From contig QBZZ01000003.1 in the NCBI GenBank assembly GCA_003282145.1, positions 23,995 through 87,994 of the forward strand: a stretch of DNA of 64,000 nucleotides. The letters are read 5' to 3'. Shown piece by piece: positions 50,529-60,310 of this stretch (the stretch's first letter is position 1; each line of letters starts with the position of its first letter). The notes below the pieces were generated by a model. The model was not told where the DNA came from, ran no database searches, and saw only the letters and a program-made list of their open reading frames with translations. This DNA comes from SAR116 cluster bacterium AG-337-N21 (GTDB lineage Bacteria; Pseudomonadota; Alphaproteobacteria; Puniceispirillales; Marisalimonadaceae). Made by a program: the position numbers and the translations under genes.

Positions 50529-51926
50529 ATGGCACCTATTACACCATTGATTTTAGCTGGAGGACTTGGTACTAGACTCTGGCCTTTGTCCAGAAAAAAA
50601 ATGCCTAAGCAATTTCATGCTATATGTAATAAAAAAACAATGCTTCAAGAGACTGCATTACGTCTAAAAAAAAAATATTTTAACAAACCAATCGTTGTTT
50701 GTAATGATGATCACAAATTTATTGTGAAAGAACAATTACAACAAATTGGTGTTGATTGTGATATATTAATAGAACCGCTTGCTAAAAGTACTGCACCAGC
50801 AATTGCTTTAGTGTCACATTTCACTAAAACCAATTTAAATTTATTAGTTGTTTCTACCGATCACTTTATTAAAGATGAAAAAAATTTTTGTAGACAGATA
50901 AAAATAGCTAATGAGACTCTAGAGCATAATAAAATTATCATATTTGGAGTAAAACCTTCCAGTCCCAATACTAATTATGGATATATTGAAACAAAGAAAA
51001 AGAATGAAATAGAATATGAGGTTATTAGTTTTAAAGAAAAACCAGATTTTCAAACAGCAGTTAAATACCTAAAAAAAGAGAACACCTTTTGGAACACTGG
51101 AATTTTTTTATTTAAAGCAAATACTTTTTTACATGAATTAAAAAAATACAATCCTTCAATTTACAACATTTGCAAGAAAACTGCGTCTACTGTGTGTATA
51201 GGTCCAGATTTTACGACATTCCATAAAAAATACTTTAAGAATTGTCCTAATAAATCTATAGATTACGCAATAATGGAGTACACCAAACTATCTATAATGT
51301 TTCCACTTGATACAATTTGGAATGATGTTGGTACATGGGGATCTGTTATGGAGATTTCAAAGAAAAACAGAGATGGCAATGTTACTAAAGGCAATATTGT
51401 TACAAATGATACTCGAGATTCGATTATATATAGTTTAGATAATAAATTAATTGCAACCAATGGTATAAAAGATTTAATAATCATTGATACTCAAGACTCA
51501 TTATTAGTATCGTCTATAAAGGACAATATTGAAACAAGGCCACTAATACAAAAAATAAAAAAAAATAACTTTAATAACTTAGATATATCACCAAACGAAA
51601 ATAGACCATGGGGATCATTCGAATTAATTGGAAAATCGTCTGGTTATAAAGTAAAAAAAATTATTGTTAAACCTGGTGGCCAACTTAGTCTACAGAGACA
51701 TAAATTTAGAGCTGAACATTGGGTGGTTATTTCTGGTACCGCAAATGTAATAAAAGAAAAAAATAATTATATATTAAAAGCTAATGAGTCTATTTTTATA
51801 CCTAAAGGAACTAAGCACTCATTAAAAAATGAGAAAGATACAGATCTAATAATTATAGAAACCCAAACTGGTGAATATTTGGAAGAAGATGATATAGAGA
51901 GATTTGAAGACATTTATAATAGATAA
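50529..51926 (+). CDS. manC: Mannose-1-phosphate guanylyltransferase/mannose-6-phosphate isomerase
   Basis: LAGGLGTRLWPLSR..PKQF, FKEKP, SIDYAIME, WNDVGTW, cupin RPWG...LSLQRH..RAEHW. Confidence 0.95.
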   Translation: MAPITPLILAGGLGTRLWPLSRKKMPKQFHAICNKKTMLQETALRLKKKYFNKPIVVCNDDHKFIVKEQLQQIGVDCDILIEPLAKSTAPAIALVSHFTKTNLNLLVVSTDHFIKDEKNFCRQIKIANETLEHNKIIIFGVKPSSPNTNYGYIETKKKNEIEYEVISFKEKPDFQTAVKYLKKENTFWNTGIFLFKANTFLHELKKYNPSIYNICKKTASTVCIGPDFTTFHKKYFKNCPNKSIDYAIMEYTKLSIMFPLDTIWNDVGTWGSVMEISKKNRDGNVTKGNIVTNDTRDSIIYSLDNKLIATNGIKDLIIIDTQDSLLVSSIKDNIETRPLIQKIKKNNFNNLDISPNENRPWGSFELIGKSSGYKVKKIIVKPGGQLSLQRHKFRAEHWVVISGTANVIKEKNNYILKANESIFIPKGTKHSLKNEKDTDLIIIETQTGEYLEEDDIERFEDIYNR

Positions 51927-51951
51927 TGATTATATTTAAAAAGAGAATGTG

Positions 51952-52692
51952 TTAATTAAAATCCATCATTTTTATTATTTTAATTTTTTCTGATCTTTCA
52001 ATAATATTTACTAGTGGCTCTACGACAGTTGTCATGTGAAAAGCGTTCGCATGTATACAATTTTTTTTATCGACCATTAAACCTACGTGTCCTTTCCAAA
52101 AAACAACTGAACCTCTAGATAAATTATTTATATCATTTATCAAAATTTTATTTAATGTTAATTGATCTTGTGAGTTTCTAGGAATATTTTGACCGTAAGT
52201 TTCGTAAGCTAATTGTAATAGAGCGGAACAATCTATACCCATTGAGTCCCTACCTCCCCATCTATATGGTGTTCCAATTAAAAGTTCAGCAATAGAAACC
52301 CAGTCATCTACTTTTTGATTAATGTCTATCAAATGTTTACTAGGGACGTAAACGATCTTATTAAACAGAGCCATTTCAGCCCAATCGGGAGTAATATTTT
52401 TAAGATGTAATTTAGAACCTAAAGGGAGATATTGGATACAATTAGATTTTAGATCTTTTTTGCTAAAAATAAAGGATCTTTTAGAAATAATTCTGTGTGT
52501 AGCTTGGTGCATATAAGATAAAGCTTCTTTCTTTATCCAACCACAATAATTGTCAGTTAATAATTTACAATGAACCCAATCATGATAATCTTCTAGAATT
52601 TCAACTGATTCTCCAAACAAACATTCACTCTCTAAACCAGACGATAAATTAGGTTCGGCTCTCATTTCTACAGATGGTTTTATTATATTCAT
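51952..52692 (-). CDS. SH3 + NlpC/P60 cysteine peptidase (gamma-D-glutamyl peptidase-like)
   Basis: SH3-like N-terminus (ECLFGE...W...YCGWI), PYRWGG..GIDCS, KGHVG, IHAN (Cys-His-His). ATG at 52692 overlaps the amidase TGA. Confidence 0.9.
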   Translation of the reverse strand: MNIIKPSVEMRAEPNLSSGLESECLFGESVEILEDYHDWVHCKLLTDNYCGWIKKEALSYMHQATHRIISKRSFIFSKKDLKSNCIQYLPLGSKLHLKNITPDWAEMALFNKIVYVPSKHLIDINQKVDDWVSIAELLIGTPYRWGGRDSMGIDCSALLQLAYETYGQNIPRNSQDQLTLNKILINDINNLSRGSVVFWKGHVGLMVDKKNCIHANAFHMTTVVEPLVNIIERSEKIKIIKMMDFN

Positions 52693-53093
52693 AAAGATTT
52701 TTGTTTTGACCAACTTATGACATCAAAATTAGGACAAGTTTTTTTTGTATCACCAGTATCACAGTGTCCCATAATTTTTGCTTGATTATATTTAATCTTC
52801 CATTGTCTTAAAACTTTTTCTAGTGAAATAAATTGTTTATTAGTAAATTGATCACGACCAATTAGACATACACCTAAGCTTTCGTCGTTCATACCTTTCA
52901 CATGAGCGCCTACCCAATACTCTGGTCTACCTTCTTCAATTATACCTGATCTTAAAATTACTTTGTGATACCCTATACCATCCCAACCAAAACTTATGTG
53001 CATTTTATGTATATCAATTGCAGATAAGTTTTTTTCATTTTCAGTGTCAGAACAATGAACTACTAATTTTTTTATTTTTTCTTTGGTTAGCAT
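52689..53093 (-). CDS. N-acetylmuramoyl-L-alanine amidase (Amidase_2, T7-lysozyme type)
   Basis: VVHCS, GWDGIGYH, GRP....GAHVKG.N..S.GVCLIG, GHCD, KTCPNFDV: Zn ligands His/His/Cys plus catalytic Tyr/Lys. Confidence 0.92.
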   Translation of the reverse strand: MLTKEKIKKLVVHCSDTENEKNLSAIDIHKMHISFGWDGIGYHKVILRSGIIEEGRPEYWVGAHVKGMNDESLGVCLIGRDQFTNKQFISLEKVLRQWKIKYNQAKIMGHCDTGDTKKTCPNFDVISWSKQKSL

Positions 53094-53158
53094 GCTCTGC
53101 CAGTCAACTATTATAGTTATGATAATATACTAAAAATTATCTATCTAAGCTAATTAAA

Positions 53159-54184
53159 TTAAATTTGATTTGCTTTATATCCATTTGGATTTTCTTTTTG
53201 CCAATTCCATGCGTCAAGTAACATCTGTGGTAATTCTCTGGATGCTTTCCAGCCAAGTTCTTTTTTTGCCTTTGTAGGATCTGCATAGCAAGTACCAACA
53301 TCTCCCTTTCTCTTGTCAACGATTTCATATGGTATTTTTATACCAGTTACTATTTCAAAGGTATTTAAAATTTGCAAAACACTATATCCTTTGCCAGTTC
53401 CTAAATTCCATATATTTATTCCTGTATTGTTTTCTAAAAATTTAATAACTTTTATATGTCCATAAGATAAATCCATTATATGAATATAATCTCTGACCCC
53501 AGTTCCGTCACAAGTTTTGTAATCATTTCCATAAATTTTTAATTTTTCTAAATTTCCAACAGCCACCTGTGTTATATAAGGTAAAAGATTTTGGGGTCTG
53601 TTTAAAGGAGCATCACCTATTAATTTAGAATCGTGAGCCCCAATGGGATTGAAGTATCTTAAGATACCAATTCGCCACTTTGAGCTAGCTATTGATAAAT
53701 CTTTTAACATTTCTTCTACCATAAGTTTTGACTTTCCATATGGATTTTGGGGACTAACTATTTTACTTAATTCTGACACGGGCATCTCTTCAAATTCTCC
53801 ATAAACTGTAGCTGACGAACTAAATACAAAATTGAAAACACCTGCTTTTTCCATTGTCTGAACGAGTGTTTGAGTCCCTTGAACATTATTCTCATAATAT
53901 TCTAAAGGTTTTTTAATACTTTCATTAACAGACTTTAAACCAGCAAAATGAAGCACAACTGAAATTGAGTATTTGACAAATATATTGTTAACAAGTTTCC
54001 TGTCTAAAATATTGCCTTTAATAAAAATGGGTTTTATGCCCGTTATTTGTTTAATTCTTTTTAGAGGTTCCTCACAACTATTACTCATGTTGTCTAATAT
54101 TATTACCTCATATCCAATTTGTAGCAGATTTGTTGCAGTATGAGAGCCAATAAAACCTAACCCCCCAGTGATAAGAATTTTCAT
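53159..54184 (-). CDS. galE: UDP-glucose 4-epimerase
   Basis: TGGLGFIGSH, HFAGLKSV.ES, SSSATVYG, YGKSK, LRYFNP, RDYIH. Confidence 0.95.
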   Translation of the reverse strand: MKILITGGLGFIGSHTATNLLQIGYEVIILDNMSNSCEEPLKRIKQITGIKPIFIKGNILDRKLVNNIFVKYSISVVLHFAGLKSVNESIKKPLEYYENNVQGTQTLVQTMEKAGVFNFVFSSSATVYGEFEEMPVSELSKIVSPQNPYGKSKLMVEEMLKDLSIASSKWRIGILRYFNPIGAHDSKLIGDAPLNRPQNLLPYITQVAVGNLEKLKIYGNDYKTCDGTGVRDYIHIMDLSYGHIKVIKFLENNTGINIWNLGTGKGYSVLQILNTFEIVTGIKIPYEIVDKRKGDVGTCYADPTKAKKELGWKASRELPQMLLDAWNWQKENPNGYKANQI

Positions 54185-55150
54185 TTAATTTTTTTCAATA
54201 AATTCATGTTTAATAGTTCTTGAAAGTGCTCTATCTAAACTAACTGGTGGAATAAAATCTGTTTTAAATATTGCTGAATTAAAAACTGAGTTAGAACAGA
54301 ATTTTTTTACTCTAATTGCGCTTATGCTAAATTTTTTACCACTCAAGATAGATATAATGTCAAAACACTTACCTAGTAAATAGGCAATCGTAAAAGGAAT
54401 TTTTACAGTTACTCTATCTGTTTTTCCTAGGTTTACTTTTATTTTTTTAACTAAATCAATCATTTTGTAATCAGGTTTATCAATATAATTATATAAGTGA
54501 ATGCCTATATCAAATGAAGTACTGTATTCTATAAACGCAGCCAGATTCTCAACATATGCGATAGATTTTCTGTTCATACCGTTTCCAACAATTAAAAATT
54601 TATTCAATGCTATTTGTCGCATTAAATTATATACGTTTCCACGGTTATTTTCGCCAAATACTACGGTTGGTCTAATTATTACTAATGTACGTTTATAAGG
54701 TTCTTCTTTCTGCCAGCTTTTAAATATTTCTTCAGCTAAAAGTTTAGTTTTACCATAGTCATTAAATGGCTGTGTTTGACTATTTTCGTCAGTGCCTATT
54801 GGAGAAAATCCATATACTGCAACAGAGCTTGTAAATATTATTTTACTTATATTTTTCTCTTTAGCCACTTTACAGATATTGTTTGCTCCATCAACATTTA
54901 CTTGTTCATATAAGCTAGGTGGATAAATATCATCTTTATGTTCAGCTGCAAGATTTATTAGTACACTACCTGAGGTGATGTGAGCTCTAAGATTATCTAT
55001 AGAGCGTACATCTGTAATTTTAGTTTTTTTGAAATATTTATTATTTGGTATTTTATCAAGGATACTAAATTTTATTTTGTTTGAAATTAATCTATTGCAT
55101 AGCCTTAAACCTACAAAACCACTTCCACCAATTATATCATACTGTCTCAT
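54185..55150 (-). CDS. NAD-dependent epimerase, Gnu (GlcNAc-PP-Und 4-epimerase)-like
   Basis: GGSGFVG, NLAAEHKDD, TSSVAVYG, PFNDYGKTK, RPTVVFGENNRGNVYNL. Confidence 0.78.
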   Translation of the reverse strand: MRQYDIIGGSGFVGLRLCNRLISNKIKFSILDKIPNNKYFKKTKITDVRSIDNLRAHITSGSVLINLAAEHKDDIYPPSLYEQVNVDGANNICKVAKEKNISKIIFTSSVAVYGFSPIGTDENSQTQPFNDYGKTKLLAEEIFKSWQKEEPYKRTLVIIRPTVVFGENNRGNVYNLMRQIALNKFLIVGNGMNRKSIAYVENLAAFIEYSTSFDIGIHLYNYIDKPDYKMIDLVKKIKVNLGKTDRVTVKIPFTIAYLLGKCFDIISILSGKKFSISAIRVKKFCSNSVFNSAIFKTDFIPPVSLDRALSRTIKHEFIEKN

Positions 55151-56255
55151 TTGTTTTATCCATTAATGACTTCTTATATATTTTTACAGTTTGCTCAAAT
55201 GATTTATCTTTATCAAACCTTTTTTTCGCCAGCTCAAGTGATGCAAGACCGTATTTAAACCTACTTTTTTTGCAATTGGATAAAAGATTTATCTTTTTAG
55301 ATAAATCATTGTAATTTCCTTGTTGAAACAATAACCCATTAATTTCGTGTGAAACAAGCTCTGGGATACCCCCTACAGAAGATGCAATTATAGGTAAACC
55401 TTTAGTCATAGCCTCAATAATGGAAATTGGTAAACCTTCAACTTTAGTAGATAAAACAAAAATAGTAGACTTTTCAAGTAATTCTTCAATATTAGATCGT
55501 TCACCCATAAACTTTATTTTTCTATAATTTTCTTTAGAATACTTAGCAGCTAATTTTTTAAACTCTTTGTGATCAGTTCCACTTCCAACGATTAATACAT
55601 TATCTACCTTTACAGTGGAAAGACTTTTGAACAAAGTAATGTAATCTTTTGGATAATCATTCCTAGCAACCATAATCAAATTTATTTTGGAATTATGCCT
55701 TATTTTAGGTAATATTGAAAAATTAGTGCTGTTATATATGAGAGAGACACGTAGTGAATTTATTGGTAAAGACTTCTTACCTAGCATTAAGTCTGACTTA
55801 CACACATTAATATAATGTTCTGTAATTTGTGATAACAACAATTCTATTATATAAACAAAAATGGAAATTAAAGGCTTTCTACCTTTACCAAACCCCCATC
55901 CATGTACAGTATAAATAACAGGTATTTTTAATGAAAATCCAACTAAACGACCAATGAAGCTAGCTTTACTGCTATGTACATGGATCAAATCAGGTTTTAC
56001 AGATTCGACAATTATTTTTAATTTTTTATAAGACTTTATGTCATCAAAAACGTTAATGTTCGATCTTAAACTTGAAATCAAGTGAGTAGGAATTTTGTTT
56101 TCATCAAGAATAGATTTAGTTGGTCCATTTTCTCCAAATACAACTTGTATTGACCATTCTAAATTTTTTAATCTTAATGAAAGATCTCTTACATGGCTAG
56201 GCGCCCCAGCTAAATCAGCGTTTGTACACACTATAAGTATTTTTTTTTTATTCAT
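55137..56255 (-). CDS. Glycosyltransferase family 4
   Basis: PDLIHVHSSKA, YTVHGW, EGLPISIIEAM..G.PIIAS.VGGIPE. Confidence 0.92.
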   Translation of the reverse strand: MNKKKILIVCTNADLAGAPSHVRDLSLRLKNLEWSIQVVFGENGPTKSILDENKIPTHLISSLRSNINVFDDIKSYKKLKIIVESVKPDLIHVHSSKASFIGRLVGFSLKIPVIYTVHGWGFGKGRKPLISIFVYIIELLLSQITEHYINVCKSDLMLGKKSLPINSLRVSLIYNSTNFSILPKIRHNSKINLIMVARNDYPKDYITLFKSLSTVKVDNVLIVGSGTDHKEFKKLAAKYSKENYRKIKFMGERSNIEELLEKSTIFVLSTKVEGLPISIIEAMTKGLPIIASSVGGIPELVSHEINGLLFQQGNYNDLSKKINLLSNCKKSRFKYGLASLELAKKRFDKDKSFEQTVKIYKKSLMDKTNETV

Positions 56256-56301
56256 AACTTAACAAACCTTAAATATGTATATATTAAATTTTTCTTTTTA
56301 T

Positions 56302-57426
56302 CTAGGAATGTAAAATTTTATTCTGACTTTTTTTAATTAATTCTGTGCCTATTAAGGGAATAACAAAACTAAAATGATAAATAAATGGCGTAAAGTAGAT
56401 TGCAATTAAAAGAGAAATTGACATTGATATACCCATCAAGATACCTATTTGGAGATATGACTTAAGTATATAATAATGTAAGTAAATTAACATAACTAGA
56501 CCCCAAACACCAAAATAAGCAGTATACAAAGTAAATAAATTATGATCGGTAGTTTTAAAAATTCTAATCTGTTCATAAAATAATTTACTTCCATAACCAA
56601 AAAAGGGGTTTTCTAAAAATTTACTTAGGGAAAATTCCATCATTGTTAGACGTGTTGTGTCTGAGGGCCTTTGTATGAAATAATACTCTGGAATTAAATT
56701 AATTAATAAGTAGAGGCATAAAATAATAGAAAATATAATGAAAAGGTTATTAAGTTTATTTTTCTTCCATAAAAACCAAATCCACGTCGCTGTTATTAGA
56801 GGTAAGTGAGATCTTGATTCGAGATATAAAATTAGAATGGTAAATCCTAAAAATAAAAAAAAATATAAGAACTTATCTTTAGAGGTTTTAAATAATATTA
56901 CACAACAAACAGATGCTGAAAGTAATATTAAAGAAAAACTATTTTTATTTAAACCATGTGGGGTAAAAGGATGATTAAATGAATTGATGCGTACGTTAAA
57001 TGTAATATTTTCATTGGATGATTGAAATAATGCAAATAAAACTAGAAGAGTAGTTAATAATACAAAATATTTAAGTAGCTTTTCAATTAAAATTGTGTCT
57101 TTAATTTCTCTTAAATAAATTATAATTATAAAAAAAAATAGGAAGGCTATTTCTAATTCATGAAAACTTGTTTCAATAAAATATTTTATCCTAAAAATTT
57201 TGGTTAAACAAAAAAAAGACAAAATAGCAAGTAACTTAAAGATTAAAAATAATATATCTTTCCTATAAAAACTATGAAAAAAAATCAAAATTATAAATAG
57301 TAAATATAATTTTGTTGTTGATAGACCGAATAGATCCCTAATTACAAGGACCTCCATTGGTCTTACAGCAATTATTGCTAGTAAGAACAAAGCAAAAATT
57401 AAAATTTTATCAATTTTTAAATACAT
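56302..57426 (-). CDS. O-antigen polymerase/ligase-like membrane protein (Wzy-like)
   Basis: Very AT-rich, about 10 TM helices; ESRS, PFFGYG, DHN; flanked by glycosyltransferases. Confidence 0.7.
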   Translation of the reverse strand: MYLKIDKILIFALFLLAIIAVRPMEVLVIRDLFGLSTTKLYLLFIILIFFHSFYRKDILFLIFKLLAILSFFCLTKIFRIKYFIETSFHELEIAFLFFFIIIIYLREIKDTILIEKLLKYFVLLTTLLVLFALFQSSNENITFNVRINSFNHPFTPHGLNKNSFSLILLSASVCCVILFKTSKDKFLYFFLFLGFTILILYLESRSHLPLITATWIWFLWKKNKLNNLFIIFSIILCLYLLINLIPEYYFIQRPSDTTRLTMMEFSLSKFLENPFFGYGSKLFYEQIRIFKTTDHNLFTLYTAYFGVWGLVMLIYLHYYILKSYLQIGILMGISMSISLLIAIYFTPFIYHFSFVIPLIGTELIKKSQNKILHS

Positions 57427-57487
57427 AATATGTACAAAAGTACTTATTCAAAATAATTAATCAAATTTTTAGTTGTGTTGTCTTTGT

Positions 57488-58429
57488 TTATTTCAAATAT
57501 CCAAGTTTGTTATTATATCGAATTGTAAATATCATTAATCCTAAAAATCCTCTAAGAAAATTTAAAACGCCAATTTCTAGAAATATATTCTTTACTTCTA
57601 CAAGTTTTAAATTCATTAGATAAAAAATCATTAGTCTAACTTTATAGTAACAATTTAAAACTTTTTTATCTTTTTTTGTTGATACTGAGTTTATTATATC
57701 GACACACTCTTTATAACCAATTTCCTTAAACTTTTTTGACATTGCTTGATTGTGAATGCGATATGCACATATTGTTTCTGTTATTGCAATTATTCTAAAA
57801 TTATGTGAAATTGCTAAAACTAAAAAATAGTCTGGAGCAAATTTATACGGTTTTATATCACTTATATTCTTTAGAGCATTAATTGAAAATAAAACAGAAG
57901 TAAAAGGTATGAGATTACCCAAATATAATTGGTTATGTAAATTCTCCTCAGGTAGTTTCCCTGTTGGTCTAATCCTACTTTTTTTAATCTTATCAACTCC
58001 GTCTTCTGATTGATTAAAAAATTTACAGCGACCATATATGAAGCCAATTTCAACATTCAATTTATAAATTTTATTTATTTGAAACTCAAGTTTTTGAGGA
58101 TACCAAATATCATCTACATCTAAAAAACCTACCCATTTACCCTTACTTTTTTTAAAGGCTAAATTTCGAGCTTCCCCTAAATTTGTATGTTTTTTAGCAT
58201 AAAAGTATTTTATTCTCTTATCATTATACGATTTAACTATTTTAGCACTTGTATCAGTTGATTGATTATCCCAAAAAATAAGTTCCCAATCCTGGTAAGT
58301 TTGTAACAAAACACTATTTATAGTTTCATTTAGATATTTTTCGCCATTATAACAATTCATAATAATGCTAATCAATATTCTATTTTTTTTAATAGTTTTA
58401 TAAGTTGTATTATTAATTGTAGAAATCAT
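57488..58429 (-). CDS. Glycosyltransferase family 2
   Basis: ISIIMNCYN, WDNQSTD, ARN, FLDVDDIW..KL. Confidence 0.92.
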   Translation of the reverse strand: MISTINNTTYKTIKKNRILISIIMNCYNGEKYLNETINSVLLQTYQDWELIFWDNQSTDTSAKIVKSYNDKRIKYFYAKKHTNLGEARNLAFKKSKGKWVGFLDVDDIWYPQKLEFQINKIYKLNVEIGFIYGRCKFFNQSEDGVDKIKKSRIRPTGKLPEENLHNQLYLGNLIPFTSVLFSINALKNISDIKPYKFAPDYFLVLAISHNFRIIAITETICAYRIHNQAMSKKFKEIGYKECVDIINSVSTKKDKKVLNCYYKVRLMIFYLMNLKLVEVKNIFLEIGVLNFLRGFLGLMIFTIRYNNKLGYLK

Positions 58430-59547
58430 TCAGGAAATTTTTTTATGAGATTTGTGATTTTTATAATATCTTTTTCAGCTAGTTCTGTGTGAAGTGGAAG
58501 TGTGAGAAGTTTACTGTAAATTTTTTCTGTTACTTCTAATTTTCTAATATTTTTTTTATAATATGTTAGCTTATGATTAGGTTGATAGTGAATACCAGTT
58601 TCAACACCATTTTCTCTTAGATAAATTTGTAATAACTTTCGATCAATATTTTGTGACAATATTACAGGATAAATATGTGGAACAACATAATCATAATCAT
58701 TTTCTAAAATTGTAAGACTATTAAAACTTTTTAACTCGTTATTATATATATTTGCTAATTGTTTTCTTTTCTTAGCAAAATTAGGAAATTTTTTGAGTTG
58801 TTCAACCCCTATTGCCGCCATGATGTTGCTCATATGATAACGCCAACCTTGGTATTTGACATCAAATTGCCAACTTCTTTTGCTTAAAAAACGATTATCT
58901 GTATCCTTTTCAACACCAAGTAATCTAGTATCTTTTAATTTCTGTAAAAATTCAGTGTTTTCAGTAACAACGCATCCTCCTTCCCCTGAAGTAATGTTTT
59001 TAATTCCGTCAAAGCTGAAACAAACTAAATCACCAAAGCTACCTATTCTTTTTCCTTTATAAAGTGTTCCAAAAGCATGAGCTGCATCTTCAATAACACG
59101 TAAATTATACTTTTTTGCAAAATCATATACTTCATCTAAGTCTCCAACCCCCCCACTATAATGTACAGGCATAATTGCTTTAGTTTTATGAGTAATTCTT
59201 TTGCCAGCATCAGACAAATCAATTGTAATACTTTTTGGATTAATATCACATGCAACAGGTTTTGCTCCCGTTGCTGAAATTGCCTGAAAACTCGCTACAT
59301 ATGTTATAGATTGAACCAGCACTTCATCACCATTTGCAATTCCACTTGCTTCCATAGCTAACTGTAAGGCAGCTGTTCCACTTGATACACATACACAAGG
59401 ACGCTGAAAAAATTCAGATAAATTATTTTCAAATTTCTCCACTTCAGAACCCATACCTAAATATTCTTTATTTAGTACATTTTCTACTGCTTTTTTCTCT
59501 TCCTCCCCAATAGATGATTTTGATAATTTTATCATATTATTAGTCAT
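58426..59547 (-). CDS. DegT/DnrJ/EryC1/StrS nucleotide-sugar aminotransferase
   Basis: SSGTAAL, PVHYSG, IEDAAHAFG, FSFDGIKNITSGEGG (PLP Lys). Start at 59547 or 59535. Confidence 0.92.
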   Translation of the reverse strand: MTNNMIKLSKSSIGEEEKKAVENVLNKEYLGMGSEVEKFENNLSEFFQRPCVCVSSGTAALQLAMEASGIANGDEVLVQSITYVASFQAISATGAKPVACDINPKSITIDLSDAGKRITHKTKAIMPVHYSGGVGDLDEVYDFAKKYNLRVIEDAAHAFGTLYKGKRIGSFGDLVCFSFDGIKNITSGEGGCVVTENTEFLQKLKDTRLLGVEKDTDNRFLSKRSWQFDVKYQGWRYHMSNIMAAIGVEQLKKFPNFAKKRKQLANIYNNELKSFNSLTILENDYDYVVPHIYPVILSQNIDRKLLQIYLRENGVETGIHYQPNHKLTYYKKNIRKLEVTEKIYSKLLTLPLHTELAEKDIIKITNLIKKFPE

Positions 59548-60310
59548 AATATGCCCATTTTGCATTTTTATTTTTCCAACAATCTTCTAAAAAGTCCTTA
59601 TCTCTTTTTGTATCCATGCACTGCCAAAATCCGTTATGTTGAAAAGCCATTAATTCTCCTAACTTGGCAGCTGTTTCAAGGGGTTCTCTTTCTAATATAG
59701 ACTTATCGTTAGTAATAAGTTCAAGAAATTCAGGTTGAATAATAAAAAACCCTCCATTTATCCATCCTTGATTCAATTGTGGTTTTTCCATAAAACTTTT
59801 TACACTATTATTTTCAATTAGAAGCTCTCCAAATCTAGCATGTGGTCGCACAGCAGTTACTGTAACCATTTTTCCATGTTTTTTGTGAAATTCTAATAAG
59901 GAATTTAAGTTTATATTAGCTAGACCATCACCATATGTTAGCATAAATGGTTCGTTACCAATAAATTTTTGAATTCGTTTCACCCTACCACCAGTCATAG
60001 TATTTAAACCAGTATCTATTAATGTTACTTTCCAATCAATATTTTCACCTTCATGTGACACCATGTTTCCGTTAGAGAGATCAATTGTAAAATTAGAGTT
60101 CAATGTCTTATAATTTATAAAATAATCTTTAATCACCTCACCCTTGTATCCTAATGTAAGATAAAAGTCCTTATGCTTAAAATAAGAATATCTCTTCATA
60201 ATGTGCCATATAATTGGCTTTCCACCTATTTGAACCATTGGTTTTGGAATGGTATTAGTATAGTCTGATAATCTTGTTCCAAATCCACCAGATAAAATTA
60301 CAACTTTCAC
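59540..60310 (-). CDS. rfbF: Glucose-1-phosphate cytidylyltransferase
   Basis: ILSGGFGTRL, PKPMVQIG, DTGLNTMTGGR, TYGDG, GFWQCMDTKRD. GTG at 60310 overlaps the upstream TGA. Confidence 0.93.
   Translation of the reverse strand: MKVVILSGGFGTRLSDYTNTIPKPMVQIGGKPIIWHIMKRYSYFKHKDFYLTLGYKGEVIKDYFINYKTLNSNFTIDLSNGNMVSHEGENIDWKVTLIDTGLNTMTGGRVKRIQKFIGNEPFMLTYGDGLANINLNSLLEFHKKHGKMVTVTAVRPHARFGELLIENNSVKSFMEKPQLNQGWINGGFFIIQPEFLELITNDKSILEREPLETAAKLGELMAFQHNGFWQCMDTKRDKDFLEDCWKNKNAKWAYYD

Noticed and set aside
52689-53093. Prophage remnant suggested by the endolysin-like amidase
   Set aside because: No integrase, holin, structural genes or att-like repeats; the gene is coupled to a host-type peptidase.
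58426-59547. rfbH/ddhC
   Set aside because: Retains the PLP Lys and lacks the His substitution and Cys-rich Fe-S motif of DdhC.
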